DNA of 64,000 nt from NCBI RefSeq assembly GCF_044324875.1, contig NZ_CP172185.1. The stretch is one strand, 5' to 3'. The position numbers were made by a program, and so were the translations under genes. A model generated the notes under the pieces. That model was not told the DNA's origin. It did not search any database and was given only the letters and a program-made list of their open reading frames with translations. How positions within the stretch are numbered: position 1 is the first letter of the stretch; every line of letters begins with the position of its first letter. This document shows positions 1 through 11,460 of the stretch, in pieces. This stretch comes from Escherichia coli. Lineage in GTDB: Bacteria > Pseudomonadota > Gammaproteobacteria > Enterobacterales > Enterobacteriaceae.

Positions 1-547
1 GGATCCACATTGGATTGTTTTCCCGCCACTGCCAGGACTGACGGAATAACTCCACCAGCATGCTGTTATGCGTTGCTTCGGCAATGGCGAGATGGAACTG
101 CATATCACCGCTTTCGCTGCTACCCGGCGCGCTGGAAGCCAGTTCACGCTCTTCCAGTTGCAATGCCTGACGCATTTTGACGATATCTTCGCGGGTAGCC
201 TGCAAAGCGGCAAATTCCGCGATGTTACTTTCCAGTAACTGACGCGCCTGTAACAGCTCAAAAGGACCGGCATCATTACAGACGTTGGCATCCGGACTGT
301 CTGTGTTCTGGCTGTCTGAGCTATCAAGAACATAAATACCGGCACCCCGGCGCACTTCCACCAGCCCTTTGATCTCCAGCATGATCAGCGCTTCACGTAC
401 CACCGTCCGCGTGACATCAAGCATTTCTGCAATTTCACGCTCCGGCGGCAGCCGTTCGCCAGGATTGTACGGTGTCTTTATGATCAGATCGCGGATCATC
501 GCCCCGACTTCCTGGTAAGGTCTTTGCGCAGAGGTGGCAGATTTCAT
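1..547 (-). CDS. uxuR: UxuR, GntR-family transcriptional repressor of hexuronate utilisation; 3' end cut by window edge
   Basis: Reverse-strand ATG at 545-547 gives MKSATSAQRPYQEV...; recognised as E. coli UxuR N-terminus with HTH; lies downstream of uxuB as expected. Confidence 0.85.
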   Translation of the reverse strand, partial: MKSATSAQRPYQEVGAMIRDLIIKTPYNPGERLPPEREIAEMLDVTRTVVREALIMLEIKGLVEVRRGAGIYVLDSSDSQNTDSPDANVCNDAGPFELLQARQLLESNIAEFAALQATREDIVKMRQALQLEERELASSAPGSSESGDMQFHLAIAEATHNSMLVELFRQSWQWRENNPMWI

Positions 548-761
548 GGTGTTGTGTCCGTTAGGTGCGGTTAATCAAATTTTTGCCGGATGCGGCGTGA
601 ACGCCTTATACGGCCTACAACGGGCAATTTTATGGCACCCGTTAATCTCAAACTATACCATTAGCACTGGAAGTTGGCACGTACAGGTGGGCAAAAAAAC
701 GAAAACTGGTCAACCAAATATGCGTTTGATTGACCAGTAAGTCTGTAGGGTAATCAGTTAG

Positions 762-2222
762 TTACAGCGCAGCCACACACTCGCGCGCACCGCGTTCGCA
801 CAGCTGCTGATATGCCGCCGTCACCGCGCCAACAAAGTCAGCATTCTGCGGCAGATCATCGGCAAAGATACCGCTCAGGCCCAGCAGCGCTTTCACGCGG
901 TCTGCGCCCTGATACTGCGCGTTGATCTTCTGGAACTCCGCCAGCATCGGGTCAACCACGTCAATAGCATTACCCTGCTCATCCACGCCCTGGGTGTAAC
1001 GCATCCAGCCAGCCACGCCCAGCGCCAGGTGACGCCAGCTACCGCCGTTTTGCAGATGCAGACGCACCGGATCCAGCAGACGCTGCGGTAACTTCTGGCT
1101 GCCGTCCATAGCAATCTGCCAGGTACGGTGACGCAGAGACGGGTTGCTGAAACGCTCGATCAGCAGCGTCGCATAGGCGTTCAGGTCTGTACCTTCCGGC
1201 ATCGACAGCGTTGGCGCTTGTTCCTGCATCATCAGGGCAAAGGCCGCTTTGCGATAATCCGGATTAGTCATGGTGTCGGCAATAGTTTCATAGCCACCGA
1301 GGTAACCGAGGTACGCCAGGAAAGAGTGGCTGCCGTTCAGCATACGCAGCTTCATCATTTCGAACGGTACAACATCCGCAACAAACTGCGCGCCGACTTT
1401 ATCCCAGTCCGGACGACCATTAACGAAGTTATCTTCAATTACCCACTGACGGAACGGTTCGCAGGCAATGGCGCATGGGTCGTAAACACCCAGCTGGTCA
1501 GCAATTTCCTGTAAGGTTTCTGGCGTCGCCGCCGGAACGATGCGGTCAACCATGGTGCACGGGAAGGTGACGTTCTCTTCAATCCATGCCGCCAGCTGTG
1601 GATCACGCGCCTGAGCCAGCCCCAGAACCGCGACCTTCGCCACATGACCGTTTTCACGCACGTTGTCGCAGGACATCACCGTAAACGCTTTCAACCCTTT
1701 TTCACGACGCAGACGCAAGGCTTCGACGATGTAACCAATCGCGGACTTCGGCGCAGTCGGATTTTCCAGATCGTGCTTGATCAGCGGGTTATTGAGATCC
1801 AGCTGACCGCTTGCCGCATCGGCGCAATAACCTTTCTCTGTGACCGTCAGGGAGACAATCGCCGTCTGCGGACGCGCCATCGCGTTGAGAATACCTTCAC
1901 AACCGTCGATTTCCGGATGCAGGGCTTCTTTCATCGAACCGATAATTTTCAGCTCGGTGCTTTCTGCGCCTTTTTCCGCCACGGTGTACAGCAGTTGCTG
2001 TTTTTTCAAGTTTTCGATCAGCACGCGGTCGTTACCTGGCATCAGGTTAACTTCGCAGATACCCCAGTCGCTGTCGGTGCTTTCCAGCAGATGATGGGTA
2101 TACAGCGCCTGGTGCGCGCGGTGAAACGCCCCGCAACCGAGATGCACAATGCGTGATTCCAGACGAGAATGATCCCATGACGGGCGGGCAACCGGCAGAT
2201 TGCTGTCAACAATAGTAGTCAT
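762..2222 (-). CDS. uxuB: D-mannonate oxidoreductase (fructuronate reductase)
   Basis: 486-aa ORF recognised as UxuB; synteny with uxuA and uxuR. Confidence 0.9.
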   Translation of the reverse strand: MTTIVDSNLPVARPSWDHSRLESRIVHLGCGAFHRAHQALYTHHLLESTDSDWGICEVNLMPGNDRVLIENLKKQQLLYTVAEKGAESTELKIIGSMKEALHPEIDGCEGILNAMARPQTAIVSLTVTEKGYCADAASGQLDLNNPLIKHDLENPTAPKSAIGYIVEALRLRREKGLKAFTVMSCDNVRENGHVAKVAVLGLAQARDPQLAAWIEENVTFPCTMVDRIVPAATPETLQEIADQLGVYDPCAIACEPFRQWVIEDNFVNGRPDWDKVGAQFVADVVPFEMMKLRMLNGSHSFLAYLGYLGGYETIADTMTNPDYRKAAFALMMQEQAPTLSMPEGTDLNAYATLLIERFSNPSLRHRTWQIAMDGSQKLPQRLLDPVRLHLQNGGSWRHLALGVAGWMRYTQGVDEQGNAIDVVDPMLAEFQKINAQYQGADRVKALLGLSGIFADDLPQNADFVGAVTAAYQQLCERGARECVAAL

Positions 2223-2302
2223 CGTAAACTCCAGAATCCGTCTTCAGAGAGTGACGGCAAGGAAGAAGGAACCGGCACGGCGCGCAGCCATGCCGGTGGA
2301 TA

Positions 2303-3487
2303 TTAACGGCTAAAGAAAGCGCGCTGGATCGCCAGTTCGACACCGCGAACTTCGGCCAGGCCTTTCAGACGACCAATTGCGGAGTAACCTGGGTTGGTTT
2401 TCTTCTTCAGGTCGTCCAGCATCTGATGACCGTGGTCCGGACGCATCGGGATCAGGTCTTCTTTGCCTTCCGCTTTACGACGGTGTTCTTCTTCAACAAT
2501 CGCTTTCACCACTTCGTACATATCAACGTCACCGTTCAGGTGCGCCGCTTCGTGGAAGGTTTTCGGGTTATCTTCACGCATGGTGGAGCGCAGGTGGGTG
2601 AAGTAAATACGCGGACCGAACTGCTTGATCATATCAACCAGATCGTTGTCAGCACGCACGCCGTAGGAACCTGTGCACATGGTAAAACCGTTCGCCATGC
2701 TGTTTACGGTATCAACCATCCACTGCATATCTTCAATGGTGGAAACAATGCGCGGCAGGCCGAGGATCGGGCGCGGCGGATCGTCCGGGTGAACAGCCAT
2801 ACGCACGCCGACTTCTTCGGCAACCGGAATAATCGCTTTCAGGAAGACAGCGAAGTTTTCGCGCAGTTTGGCTTTGTCGATATCTTTGTACAGCTCCAGG
2901 TGCTTACGGAACTGGTCGAGGGTATACCCTTCTTCCGCGCCCGGCAGACCGGCAATGATGTTACGGGTCAGACGCGCTTTGTCTTCGTCGCTCATAGTCG
3001 CGAAGCGTTCAGCTGCCTGAGCAATTTCTTCTTCGGTGTAATCCGCTTCCGCGCCTGGACGTTTCAGGATATGCATTTCGAATGCAGCGAATTCGATCTG
3101 GTCGAAGCGCAGAGCTTTGGAGCCGTCTGGCAGCACGTATTCGAGGTCAGTACGGGTCCAGTCGAGCACCGGCATGAAGTTGTAGCACACGGTGCGAATG
3201 CCGCACTGCGCCAGGTTGCGCAGAGTCTGCTGATAGTTAGCGATCCACTGCTCGTAGTTGCCAGTGTGGGTTTTGATATCTTCGTGAATTGGCACGCTTT
3301 CTACGACAGACCACACCAGGCCTGCATCTTCAACGATCGCCTTGCGTTTGAGGATCTCTTCTACGGACCATACTTCGCCGTTCGGGATATGGTGCAGCGC
3401 GGTAACCACGCCAGTTGCGCCCGCCTGACGGACATCAGCTAAAGAAACCGGATCGTTTGGGCCGTACCAGCGCCAGGTCTGTTCCAT
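2303..3487 (-). CDS. uxuA: D-mannonate dehydratase
   Basis: ORF 2303-3523; start taken at internal Met ([14 protein letters not shown]) giving 394 aa; recognised as UxuA. Confidence 0.9.
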
Positions 3488-3648
3488 GATTTTTCCTCTT
3501 TCACATAGTGGGTTCCACAGCAAAGAGACGTGGAGCCCCGGAGTTGTTTAGGTATCCGGATGAACAACCAGACCGCAGCCGTGGCGTTGCATCGGATGAG
3601 ATGGCGTATAAGTTCTACCTTTTGGTAAGACATGTCAACCCGAATTCT

Positions 3649-3773
3649 AAAATTGGTTAACCACATCACAAGAATTTCACTCTCTTGGTTGTTGCTGCAA
3701 ATTGCAGCAAAGGGTAATCGATGGTTATTGATCAGAGGATGTGACATTCATCGCAACAATGGTTGACCAATTT
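3649..3773. promoter_or_regulatory. Divergent uxuA/gntP control region with two palindromic GntR-family (UxuR/ExuR-type) operator-like sites
   Basis: aaattggttaaccaca at 3649-3664 and aatggttgaccaattt at 3758-3773 resemble the TTGGT-n-ACCAA hexuronate regulon operator. Confidence 0.4.
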
Positions 3774-3826
3774 ACATAACATGTCGCCCAAAATAACAAC
3801 GGTTCAACCAGGTAAGGTAAAACGTT

Positions 3827-5170
3827 ATGCATGTGCTTAACATTCTTTGGGTGGTATTCGGCATTGGCCTGATGCTGGTACTGAATTTGAAGTTCAAAAT
3901 CAATTCAATGGTGGCTTTGTTGGTGGCGGCGCTGTCCGTCGGGATGCTGGCGGGCATGGATTTGATGTCGCTGCTGCACACCATGAAAGCGGGCTTCGGC
4001 AACACGCTGGGGGAACTGGCTATCATCGTGGTGTTCGGTGCGGTCATCGGTAAATTGATGGTCGACTCCGGCGCGGCTCACCAGATAGCACATACGCTGC
4101 TGGCGCGTCTCGGTCTGCGCTATGTACAGCTGTCGGTGATTATCATCGGCCTGATTTTCGGTCTGGCGATGTTCTATGAAGTGGCCTTTATCATGTTAGC
4201 GCCGCTGGTTATTGTTATTGCCGCCGAAGCTAAAATTCCGTTCCTGAAACTGGCGATCCCGGCAGTAGCAGCTGCCACTACCGCACATTCACTGTTCCCA
4301 CCGCAGCCGGGTCCGGTGGCGCTGGTGAATGCTTATGGCGCAGATATGGGGATGGTTTATATCTATGGCGTACTGGTGACGATCCCAAGTGTCATCTGCG
4401 CAGGTCTGATCCTGCCGAAGTTCCTCGGCAATCTTGAGCGCCCAACGCCATCATTCCTGAAAGCAGATCAACCGGTTGATATGAATAATCTGCCCTCTTT
4501 CGGCGTTTCGATTCTGGTGCCGCTGATCCCAGCGATCATTATGATCTCCACCACCATCGCCAATATCTGGCTGGTAAAAGATACCCCTGCCTGGGAAGTG
4601 GTTAACTTTATTGGTTCCTCGCCGATTGCGATGTTTATTGCGATGGTGGTTGCATTCGTACTCTTTGGCACCGCGCGTGGTCATGACATGCAGTGGGTGA
4701 TGAACGCTTTTGAAAGCGCGGTGAAGAGTATTGCAATGGTGATTCTGATCATCGGTGCGGGTGGCGTGCTGAAGCAGACCATCATCGACACCGGCATTGG
4801 CGACACCATCGGCATGTTGATGTCCCACGGCAATATCTCGCCCTACATCATGGCATGGCTGATCACTGTGCTAATTCGTCTGGCGACGGGTCAGGGTGTG
4901 GTTTCGGCGATGACCGCCGCCGGGATTATCAGTGCTGCAATCCTTGATCCAGCAACCGGTCAGCTGGTTGGCGTGAATCCGGCGCTGCTGGTACTGGCGA
5001 CGGCTGCGGGTTCCAACACCCTCACCCACATTAACGATGCCTCATTCTGGTTGTTCAAAGGTTACTTTGACCTGTCAGTAAAAGACACGTTGAAAACCTG
5101 GGGTCTGCTGGAGCTGGTCAACTCCGTGGTTGGGCTGATTATTGTGCTGATTATTAGCATGGTAGCGTAA
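3827..5170 (+). CDS. gntP: GntP-family gluconate/fructuronate permease
   Basis: 447-aa highly hydrophobic ORF recognised as GntP; conserved position between uxuA and fimH. Confidence 0.9.
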
Positions 5171-5293
5171 AAGAACACCAGAGCCTGCCATTGGCAGGCT
5201 CAGACTGATGACTAAAGTCTAAAAATGTGCCCGGACAGTCCCCTCGCCCCTCCGGGGAGAGGGTTAGGGTGAGGGGAACAGACCAGCAAAGTG

Positions 5294-5340
5294 CGCTTTG
5301 TGTATGCCAGATGCGACGCTGACGCGTCTTATCTGGCCTA
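5294..5340. repeat. REP (repetitive extragenic palindrome) downstream of gntP, preceded by a GC-rich palindromic element
   Basis: gccagatgcgacgctgacgcgtcttatctggcctaca matches the E. coli REP consensus; ccctcgcccctccggggagagggttagggtgagggg lies at about 5238-5275. Confidence 0.5.
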
Positions 5341-5413
5341 CAAAGGGCTAACGTGCAGGTTTTTAGCTTCAGGTAATATTGCGTACCTGCATTAGCAATG
5401 CCCTGTGATTTCT

Positions 5414-6316
5414 TTATTGATAAACAAAAGTCACGCCAATAATCGATTGCACATTCCCTGCAGTCACCTGCCCTCCGGTACGTGCGTAATTTGCCGTTAA
5501 TCCCAGACTTACCGCCGAAGTCCCTACTGCTCCTAACGATACCGTGTTATTCGCTGGAATAATCGTACCGTTGCGCGTCAACTGTACGCCGACGCCCTGC
5601 GCTGGTGAAAACGACGCGGTATTGGTGAAAATCGAGTTGCCCGCATCTGCGGTTGTGCCGGAGAGGTAAAACCCCAGGTTTTGGCTTTTCGCACAATAAA
5701 CGGTAAGAGGAATCGGCACCGAACCGGGATAGTCCGGCAGAGTAACGGTGACATCACGAGCAGAAACATCGCAGCCGCCAGTAGGCACCACCACATCATT
5801 ATTGGCGTAAATATTCCACACAAACTGGAAATCATCGCTGTCATAGTTGTTGGTCTGTCGCAAAATAAGCACGGCAATTAATGAGCCAGCTTTAATCGCC
5901 ACCCCGCCAGCACTGCTCACAGGCGTCAAATAAAGCGCCACCGGCCACGGCTTATCCGTTCTCGAATTATAAACAACCCGCGGCGTTTCGCTGGTGGTAG
6001 GAAATGGATAGCTACTGCCACTATATTTTACGGTCCCGGAAAAATTAGATAACACGCCGCCATAAGCCGAGCCTCGTTGCAGTGTGACATAGTCTGTAAT
6101 GGTTTCCGGGTAATCGTTATGGCAAAAGATTTGCGTCGAAAGATCTACGACCAGGTTTTGCCCCACATTCACGGCGGGCGCAAGGTTTACATAAACATTG
6201 GCGCTGCCACCGCCAATAGGGATAGCGGTACCATTGGCGGTTTTACAGGCGAATGACCAGGCATTTACCGACCAGCCCATCAGCAGTACAGCAAACAGGG
6301 TAATAACTCGTTTCAT
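5414..6316 (-). CDS. fimH: Type 1 fimbrial adhesin FimH (mannose-binding tip adhesin)
   Basis: ORF 5414-6325; start at MKRVITLFAVLLMGWSVNAWS signal peptide; recognised FimH sequence. Confidence 0.9.
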   Translation of the reverse strand: MKRVITLFAVLLMGWSVNAWSFACKTANGTAIPIGGGSANVYVNLAPAVNVGQNLVVDLSTQIFCHNDYPETITDYVTLQRGSAYGGVLSNFSGTVKYSGSSYPFPTTSETPRVVYNSRTDKPWPVALYLTPVSSAGGVAIKAGSLIAVLILRQTNNYDSDDFQFVWNIYANNDVVVPTGGCDVSARDVTVTLPDYPGSVPIPLTVYCAKSQNLGFYLSGTTADAGNSIFTNTASFSPAQGVGVQLTRNGTIIPANNTVSLGAVGTSAVSLGLTANYARTGGQVTAGNVQSIIGVTFVYQ

Positions 6317-6335
6317 TACAATCATCTCTTCGGGT

Positions 6336-6839
6336 TCAGCTGTAGGTATAGGTGATGCTAATCACTGCCTGAATGGTTCCCTGAGTGGCTCCGCCATTTA
6401 CCGTCAATGCTCTGACCTGTAACGGGAAGTGCGCTGATTGTGAGGAATCATCCACCTGAACTGTTTTGGTTGCGCCACTATTCAATGTGTTGCCACTGTC
6501 ATCCTGTAGCTCTAACTGGATGTTTTGCGCGGTCCCCTGGTTTTTATAATATCCGGTACTGTCGGCTGCCCCGCTGAAGCTGGCGGTGACCCTCGACGTT
6601 CCCACCGGACAATTAGTCAACTCAAGCGCAACATCATGCCAGGCCGATGCCGCCCCGGCAGACATCAGACTGAAAGAATAAAGATCGCCGAGATCTACCG
6701 TGGCATTGGTGGTGGAAACCGTGCACGGTTTGGCGACGACCTTACCGTTCACCGTGATGGTGACATCGGCTGCCTGTATCGTCGCACTTGCGAGCGCCAA
6801 CATTGCCGCCAATAAATACCCACGTTTGCGCCATTTCAT
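6336..6839 (-). CDS. fimG: Type 1 fimbrial minor subunit FimG
   Basis: Start at MKWRKRGYLL; 167 aa; fim operon synteny. Confidence 0.9.
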   Translation of the reverse strand: MKWRKRGYLLAAMLALASATIQAADVTITVNGKVVAKPCTVSTTNATVDLGDLYSFSLMSAGAASAWHDVALELTNCPVGTSRVTASFSGAADSTGYYKNQGTAQNIQLELQDDSGNTLNSGATKTVQVDDSSQSAHFPLQVRALTVNGGATQGTIQAVISITYTYS

Positions 6840-6851
6840 GAGCATCTCCAG

Positions 6852-7382
6852 TTACTGATATTCAAGAGTGAAGGTAGCCGTGGCATTGATATGCCCCGCA
6901 GTGACAGGCACCTGTGTCGCCATTAACCGGGCGTAAAAATTCAGCGTATTTGGTTTACCCGGCGTCAGGGTCGTCCACGAAATCGCGGACGATGGGGCAT
7001 TAAGGGGTATCTGATTTTGTTGCTCATTCAGAAGCTGTATTCCCAGTCCCGCAGCCGCTGACACCGTATTTTCAAGTGCAAGCAGGTTGGCATTGTGGCT
7101 ATCTGCAACACCGGTAAACCCAACTTTTACGGCAGAAACGGCATTACCACAGGGTGACAGCAAAATACGAAATGGAACGACAGGAGTCGTCGCGCCAATG
7201 TTGTTAAATTGCTTCGCCGCGTTTTCCATCAGATCAACAGTAAAATTGGTTGATTCAGCGGCCACACTACAGCCGTTATCTCTGACATAGCCGCGGATAG
7301 TAATCGTGCTATCCGCAGCCAAAGCGTGACTTACCGCCAGCCACAAAAAAGCGCACAGAAGATAAAAAGGTTTGTTTCTCAT
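6852..7382 (-). CDS. fimF: Type 1 fimbrial minor subunit FimF
   Basis: [22 protein letters not shown] signal peptide; pilin-like; second Met chosen as start. Confidence 0.85.
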   Translation of the reverse strand: MRNKPFYLLCAFLWLAVSHALAADSTITIRGYVRDNGCSVAAESTNFTVDLMENAAKQFNNIGATTPVVPFRILLSPCGNAVSAVKVGFTGVADSHNANLLALENTVSAAAGLGIQLLNEQQNQIPLNAPSSAISWTTLTPGKPNTLNFYARLMATQVPVTAGHINATATFTLEYQ

Positions 7383-7391
7383 CACGCCCCC

Positions 7392-10028
7392 TTAACGACA
7401 TTCAGCTGATAGCTGGGTTAATAACTGCTGCTGACTCTCTGGTGGCAGTTGATAATTGGCGACACAGTGAGCATTTTCCTCTTCTCCCCATTTCACCTGA
7501 ACTTTTCCCGCTAAAGGCATTCCGCTGAGGTAAACCTGACCATTATCCGCAACAATGCCGCTACTCTGGCTACTCTCTGATGTCACCATCGCCCCAAACG
7601 GCAGCGGCTTATTATTGTGGGTTAGCGTCATGAGCAGTTTTATCCCAACGCGCGCTTTAAACTCTGCTCGCACGATCGCCCCACGGGTGGGAACAACGTT
7701 AGCGACCGCGTTATCTAAATCGACGTTATCAGCCAGGGTATTGGTATCCAGCGCTACTCTGTTTTCCCGATACTCAGTGGCATAAGGCAGCACGGCATAA
7801 CCACGCCAGTCGGTACGCACCCCCGTCTGGTTTTCGACTTTTGCATCTTTTGCGCCAGGCGCTTTAACAAGCACCACCGTATCGTTTAACGGCTGCCCCA
7901 GCGTTACGCCATTGGCATGAGCCAGTACCCCACCGCTGACTCCGTAATAGAGCTGCTTAATATCATCGCTATGGCTGTAACCGATATTGGCATTGCCGTA
8001 ACCACCGCGATAATTCAGCGTGGCGTAGCCTGTACTTCCGCTATTACCATCGCCTCCCCCGGCATAGCCGGTTTGCACGCTATAGCTGAGGTTGTTGTCT
8101 TCCAGCAACGTACCGTATACGCCAGCCAGATTGGTCATCCGACCGTTGAGATCGTGTGACATGCTGTAGCTGGCACTGGCATGTCGCCACTGAGATTTAC
8201 TGTCAGAACGCAGCCAGTGGCTGAAAGGAATATTGACGTTAAGCGCTAACATCTGATCCCGTCCTTTTTGCCAGGCGTTTTTCGTCAGGCTATAGCTGAG
8301 CGTCCAGTTGATATCTTCGAATGCAGTATTTAAACCAGCCTGGAATTGCTCATCGACATTACTCGTTCCCCAATAAGTTTGATGGCTACCACTCAAATAC
8401 AGTGTTGATGTGCGCCCGAGTTGCTGAGTAACGGTGAGTTGTAATTTCCCGCGTTTGTTATAAGCGAGATTGTAATAGTCGGTGAATTTCGGCTTAACCT
8501 GAATAACACCATCCTGTGTTTCGATGTTGTAGCCATTCATTCGACTGTATGTTGTATCAGCGAAATTAAAATACCCACTGGTCGAATAACGGTAACCCAC
8601 TAACTGAATATTCGTGCCTGATTCATTGAGCGATTTGTTATAGAGAAAACGCACCGATTGTCCGTCATGCTGACTGTCATCGGGAAGTGTGGAATTAGCC
8701 TGCGTCATATCCACAGACAGAGCGCCCAGTGCCCCCATGTTTTTCCCGATACCGAAATTAAAAGCACGATAACGATCCGCCAGTTGCGTTCCACCATATA
8801 TTGTCCAGCCAGCCGGAAGGCCGTGGAGTAATGTACTCTGGAAAAAGCGGGGTTTTTCCTGCTGCGCATTTCCACTGCGGTATTCTCCTGCCGTAATGGA
8901 ATAACGAGTATGCCCTTCACGTTGCAAAAGCGGGACTGACGAATAGGGTACGGTAAAGATCTGCGTGCTGCCGTCAGCCTCTTTAATCGTTACCTGCAAG
9001 TCACCACTATTACCTGCGGCATAGATATCGTTGATGGTAAAAGGCCCCGGCGGCACCGTACTATTATAAATGTCATACCCATTTTGTTTAATAGTGACCT
9101 GTGCAGTACCACGAGCAATACCGTGGATCACCGGGGCAAATCCTCTTTGGCTATCGGGTAACATATTGTCATCTGAGGCCAATTGTGCGCCGCGAAAGTT
9201 AATACCATCGAAAATATCGCCCTGGGTATAACCATCACCCAGCGTCAGCCGGGAACGTAACGGAATTATGTCTCGCTCAAGCCAGGTATTGATATGCTGC
9301 CATTTATTTTTGCTACCTGATGAACTGTCGCTACTGTTATAACTCCAGGTGGTATTGTCGCGTAAACGCCACGCACCAATATTTAGCCCACTCTGTAGGT
9401 TTAAATAAGCATAATGGCTGTTACTACCAATCCGATTCTGTACACTATTTCCGCTGAAATTATAATTGAGCAATCCGGCATTAATACCGGGATCCCACAA
9501 CTCAGGAGGAATATATCCACGCGCGCGATTACTCATAAATGCCTGAGGGATCGTCAGGTTGAGTCGCTGCTGACCAACATCCAGATGCGCAGTAGCGTCA
9601 TGGATCATTGAGGTTAATGGCACGCAGGCATCATCCGCCAGCAAATTCATACCGGAGACAGAAGCCGTATTCAGCCCCATACCGGCAAGTTGCGCGCGTG
9701 TCAGGCAGGGAACAATCCCTTGTTCACTATCGCCCGTATTAAATGTGACATCACGCGTTGCCATATAACCATTATTCAAATAGATATCGACACGATACGT
9801 CCCTGGCGGTAATTCTTGCCCATTCTCAAAACGCGATAAATCAGCCACAGCCTGGGGATCATCCGCTAAAAAAAGCGGGTTAAAATAGAGTTCGGCAGAT
9901 GACAAAGGTGCCTGTGCGGCAAAAGCACAAGCAATAAAGAACCGGACAAAAAAACCAGCCAAACGATGCTTACGAATATGCAAGCATTGTGTGTTTCGCT
10001 GGTAAAGTCTTAAATTCAGATATGACAT
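7392..10028 (-). CDS. fimD: Type 1 fimbrial outer-membrane usher FimD
   Basis: 878-aa ORF recognised as chaperone-usher pathway usher. Confidence 0.9.
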   Translation of the reverse strand: MSYLNLRLYQRNTQCLHIRKHRLAGFFVRFFIACAFAAQAPLSSAELYFNPLFLADDPQAVADLSRFENGQELPPGTYRVDIYLNNGYMATRDVTFNTGDSEQGIVPCLTRAQLAGMGLNTASVSGMNLLADDACVPLTSMIHDATAHLDVGQQRLNLTIPQAFMSNRARGYIPPELWDPGINAGLLNYNFSGNSVQNRIGSNSHYAYLNLQSGLNIGAWRLRDNTTWSYNSSDSSSGSKNKWQHINTWLERDIIPLRSRLTLGDGYTQGDIFDGINFRGAQLASDDNMLPDSQRGFAPVIHGIARGTAQVTIKQNGYDIYNSTVPPGPFTINDIYAAGNSGDLQVTIKEADGSTQIFTVPYSSVPLLQREGHTRYSITAGEYRSGNAQQEKPRFFQSTLLHGLPAGWTIYGGTQLADRYRAFNFGIGKNMGALGALSVDMTQANSTLPDDSQHDGQSVRFLYNKSLNESGTNIQLVGYRYSTSGYFNFADTTYSRMNGYNIETQDGVIQVKPKFTDYYNLAYNKRGKLQLTVTQQLGRTSTLYLSGSHQTYWGTSNVDEQFQAGLNTAFEDINWTLSYSLTKNAWQKGRDQMLALNVNIPFSHWLRSDSKSQWRHASASYSMSHDLNGRMTNLAGVYGTLLEDNNLSYSVQTGYAGGGDGNSGSTGYATLNYRGGYGNANIGYSHSDDIKQLYYGVSGGVLAHANGVTLGQPLNDTVVLVKAPGAKDAKVENQTGVRTDWRGYAVLPYATEYRENRVALDTNTLADNVDLDNAVANVVPTRGAIVRAEFKARVGIKLLMTLTHNNKPLPFGAMVTSESSQSSGIVADNGQVYLSGMPLAGKVQVKWGEEENAHCVANYQLPPESQQQLLTQLSAECR

Positions 10029-10094
10029 TATTCCTCCGGTTTAAAATCACCCGGCAGTCAATTCTTTCTATTCAGGCGAAAAATTCCCCCTGCG

Positions 10095-10820
10095 TTATTC
10101 CATTACGCCCGTCATTTTGGGGGTAAGTGCGCCATAATCATTTATTGTTCGGTAAGTAATATTGCTTCCTGCATCAGAAGGCAATTTAACCGTGCTTTCG
10201 CCCATTGGAGGCACCAATGCATTTTCAAGAACCCGGGTTCCGGCATTCAACTCTGTTACCGTCAGGTAATAGGGTGTCGGGTTAATCAGCGTCAGAGAAT
10301 TCGCGCTACGACGAAATCTTAATTTTTCTGCGGCCTGATCGGGTGGCAACGCTAATTTAGCCGGGCGATAGTACAGTTTAATGCGGCTGATAATTGCGAG
10401 CTGTAGCGTATTCTCAGTCAATTTTGATTTATCCATTGACGGAATCGCTTTAACGTTCATCCAGAATAAACTTTCCCGATCCTGTGGCAATTGGTTATTT
10501 GTTGCATCAAGAATACGCAAGGTATTCTCTTTTTTTCCCTTCATCGCAAACAGAGGAGGCGTCACGATAAAACGACCATCCTTTACACCATCGGCATTTT
10601 CCACCCATGATTGAATTAAATAGGTGCTATTTTCATCATTATTTGTCACGGCAAGTTGCACTTGTTTTTGCCCTGCCGGATAAATTACGCGAGTCGCACC
10701 TAAGGCCACTCCCGCTTCAGCGCGTCCGGCAACCATCATTGCCATGAACATCAGGATACCTGCCAGCAAGCAGAATGTTATTTCCTGCGATTTCCTTACA
10801 TTGACGTTTTTATTACTCAC
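10095..10820 (-). CDS. fimC: Type 1 fimbrial periplasmic chaperone FimC
   Basis: 241-aa ORF, PapD-like chaperone, recognised as FimC. Confidence 0.9.
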   Translation of the reverse strand: MSNKNVNVRKSQEITFCLLAGILMFMAMMVAGRAEAGVALGATRVIYPAGQKQVQLAVTNNDENSTYLIQSWVENADGVKDGRFIVTPPLFAMKGKKENTLRILDATNNQLPQDRESLFWMNVKAIPSMDKSKLTENTLQLAIISRIKLYYRPAKLALPPDQAAEKLRFRRSANSLTLINPTPYYLTVTELNAGTRVLENALVPPMGESTVKLPSDAGSNITYRTINDYGALTPKMTGVME

Positions 10821-10856
10821 TGTCCTGTTCCTGTTATCACATTATCTGCTGAACAA

Positions 10857-11396
10857 TTACTGATAGGTTAAAGAGAACCAGGCCTGGGCATTGGCGATGC
10901 CGCCAGTAACCCGACGCCCGGTAGCACGATATTTGGCGATGAAATGTAGCGAAGTAGAGCCTGAGTAAAGCCGTTTCCAGTTTGCTGGAGGACGATTAAT
11001 CGGTACGAGGTTTCCTTCATCATCAAATAACGCTACGCCAATATTTGTGGCTATCCCTGGCCCCTCTCCCACGGAAAGCACATCCGGATTTTTACCATCC
11101 GCGACACCGTGAAACGCCACACCCACACGTTCACTCACCACCGTGCTACATTCCCGTAAATGAATAACAAAAGGCACCGGTGCGCTATCTTCCCCTACCG
11201 CATGAAACCGGTTACTGCTGATTTGCCCCATATTGACCGTCATTTGTTTATCACCAGCTTCAACTCGGCAAGTTTCCGCAATAATGACGCCCTGAAATTG
11301 CATATTTCCGCCGGGCAGCGTGGTATTCCATTTATTTCCGGCCAGAGCAAACATTGGCAGCAACGACGCTAATAGAAATAATCTCTTCCTTTTCAT
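10857..11396 (-). CDS. fimI: Fimbrin-like protein FimI
   Basis: ORF 10857-11528; start chosen at [19 protein letters not shown] (179 aa); longer upstream extension possible. Confidence 0.8.
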   Translation of the reverse strand: MKRKRLFLLASLLPMFALAGNKWNTTLPGGNMQFQGVIIAETCRVEAGDKQMTVNMGQISSNRFHAVGEDSAPVPFVIHLRECSTVVSERVGVAFHGVADGKNPDVLSVGEGPGIATNIGVALFDDEGNLVPINRPPANWKRLYSGSTSLHFIAKYRATGRRVTGGIANAQAWFSLTYQ

Positions 11397-11460
11397 CGTT
11401 ATTTTTATCGCACAAGGGTGGGCATCCCTGCCCGTAATGACGTCCCTGAACCTGGGTAGG

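Noticed and set aside
534-740. 68-aa + strand ORF
   Set aside because: Overlaps the uxuR start and the uxuB-uxuR intergenic region; no support.
2426-3442. 338-aa + strand ORF
   Set aside because: Lies entirely antisense to the well-supported uxuA gene; repetitive low-complexity translation; typical shadow ORF in a GC-rich coding region.
5181-5201. Hairpin gagcctgccattggcaggctc just after gntP as a rho-independent terminator
   Set aside because: Good stem but no following T-run; may be a REP-associated or RNA-stability hairpin, so not called as a terminator.
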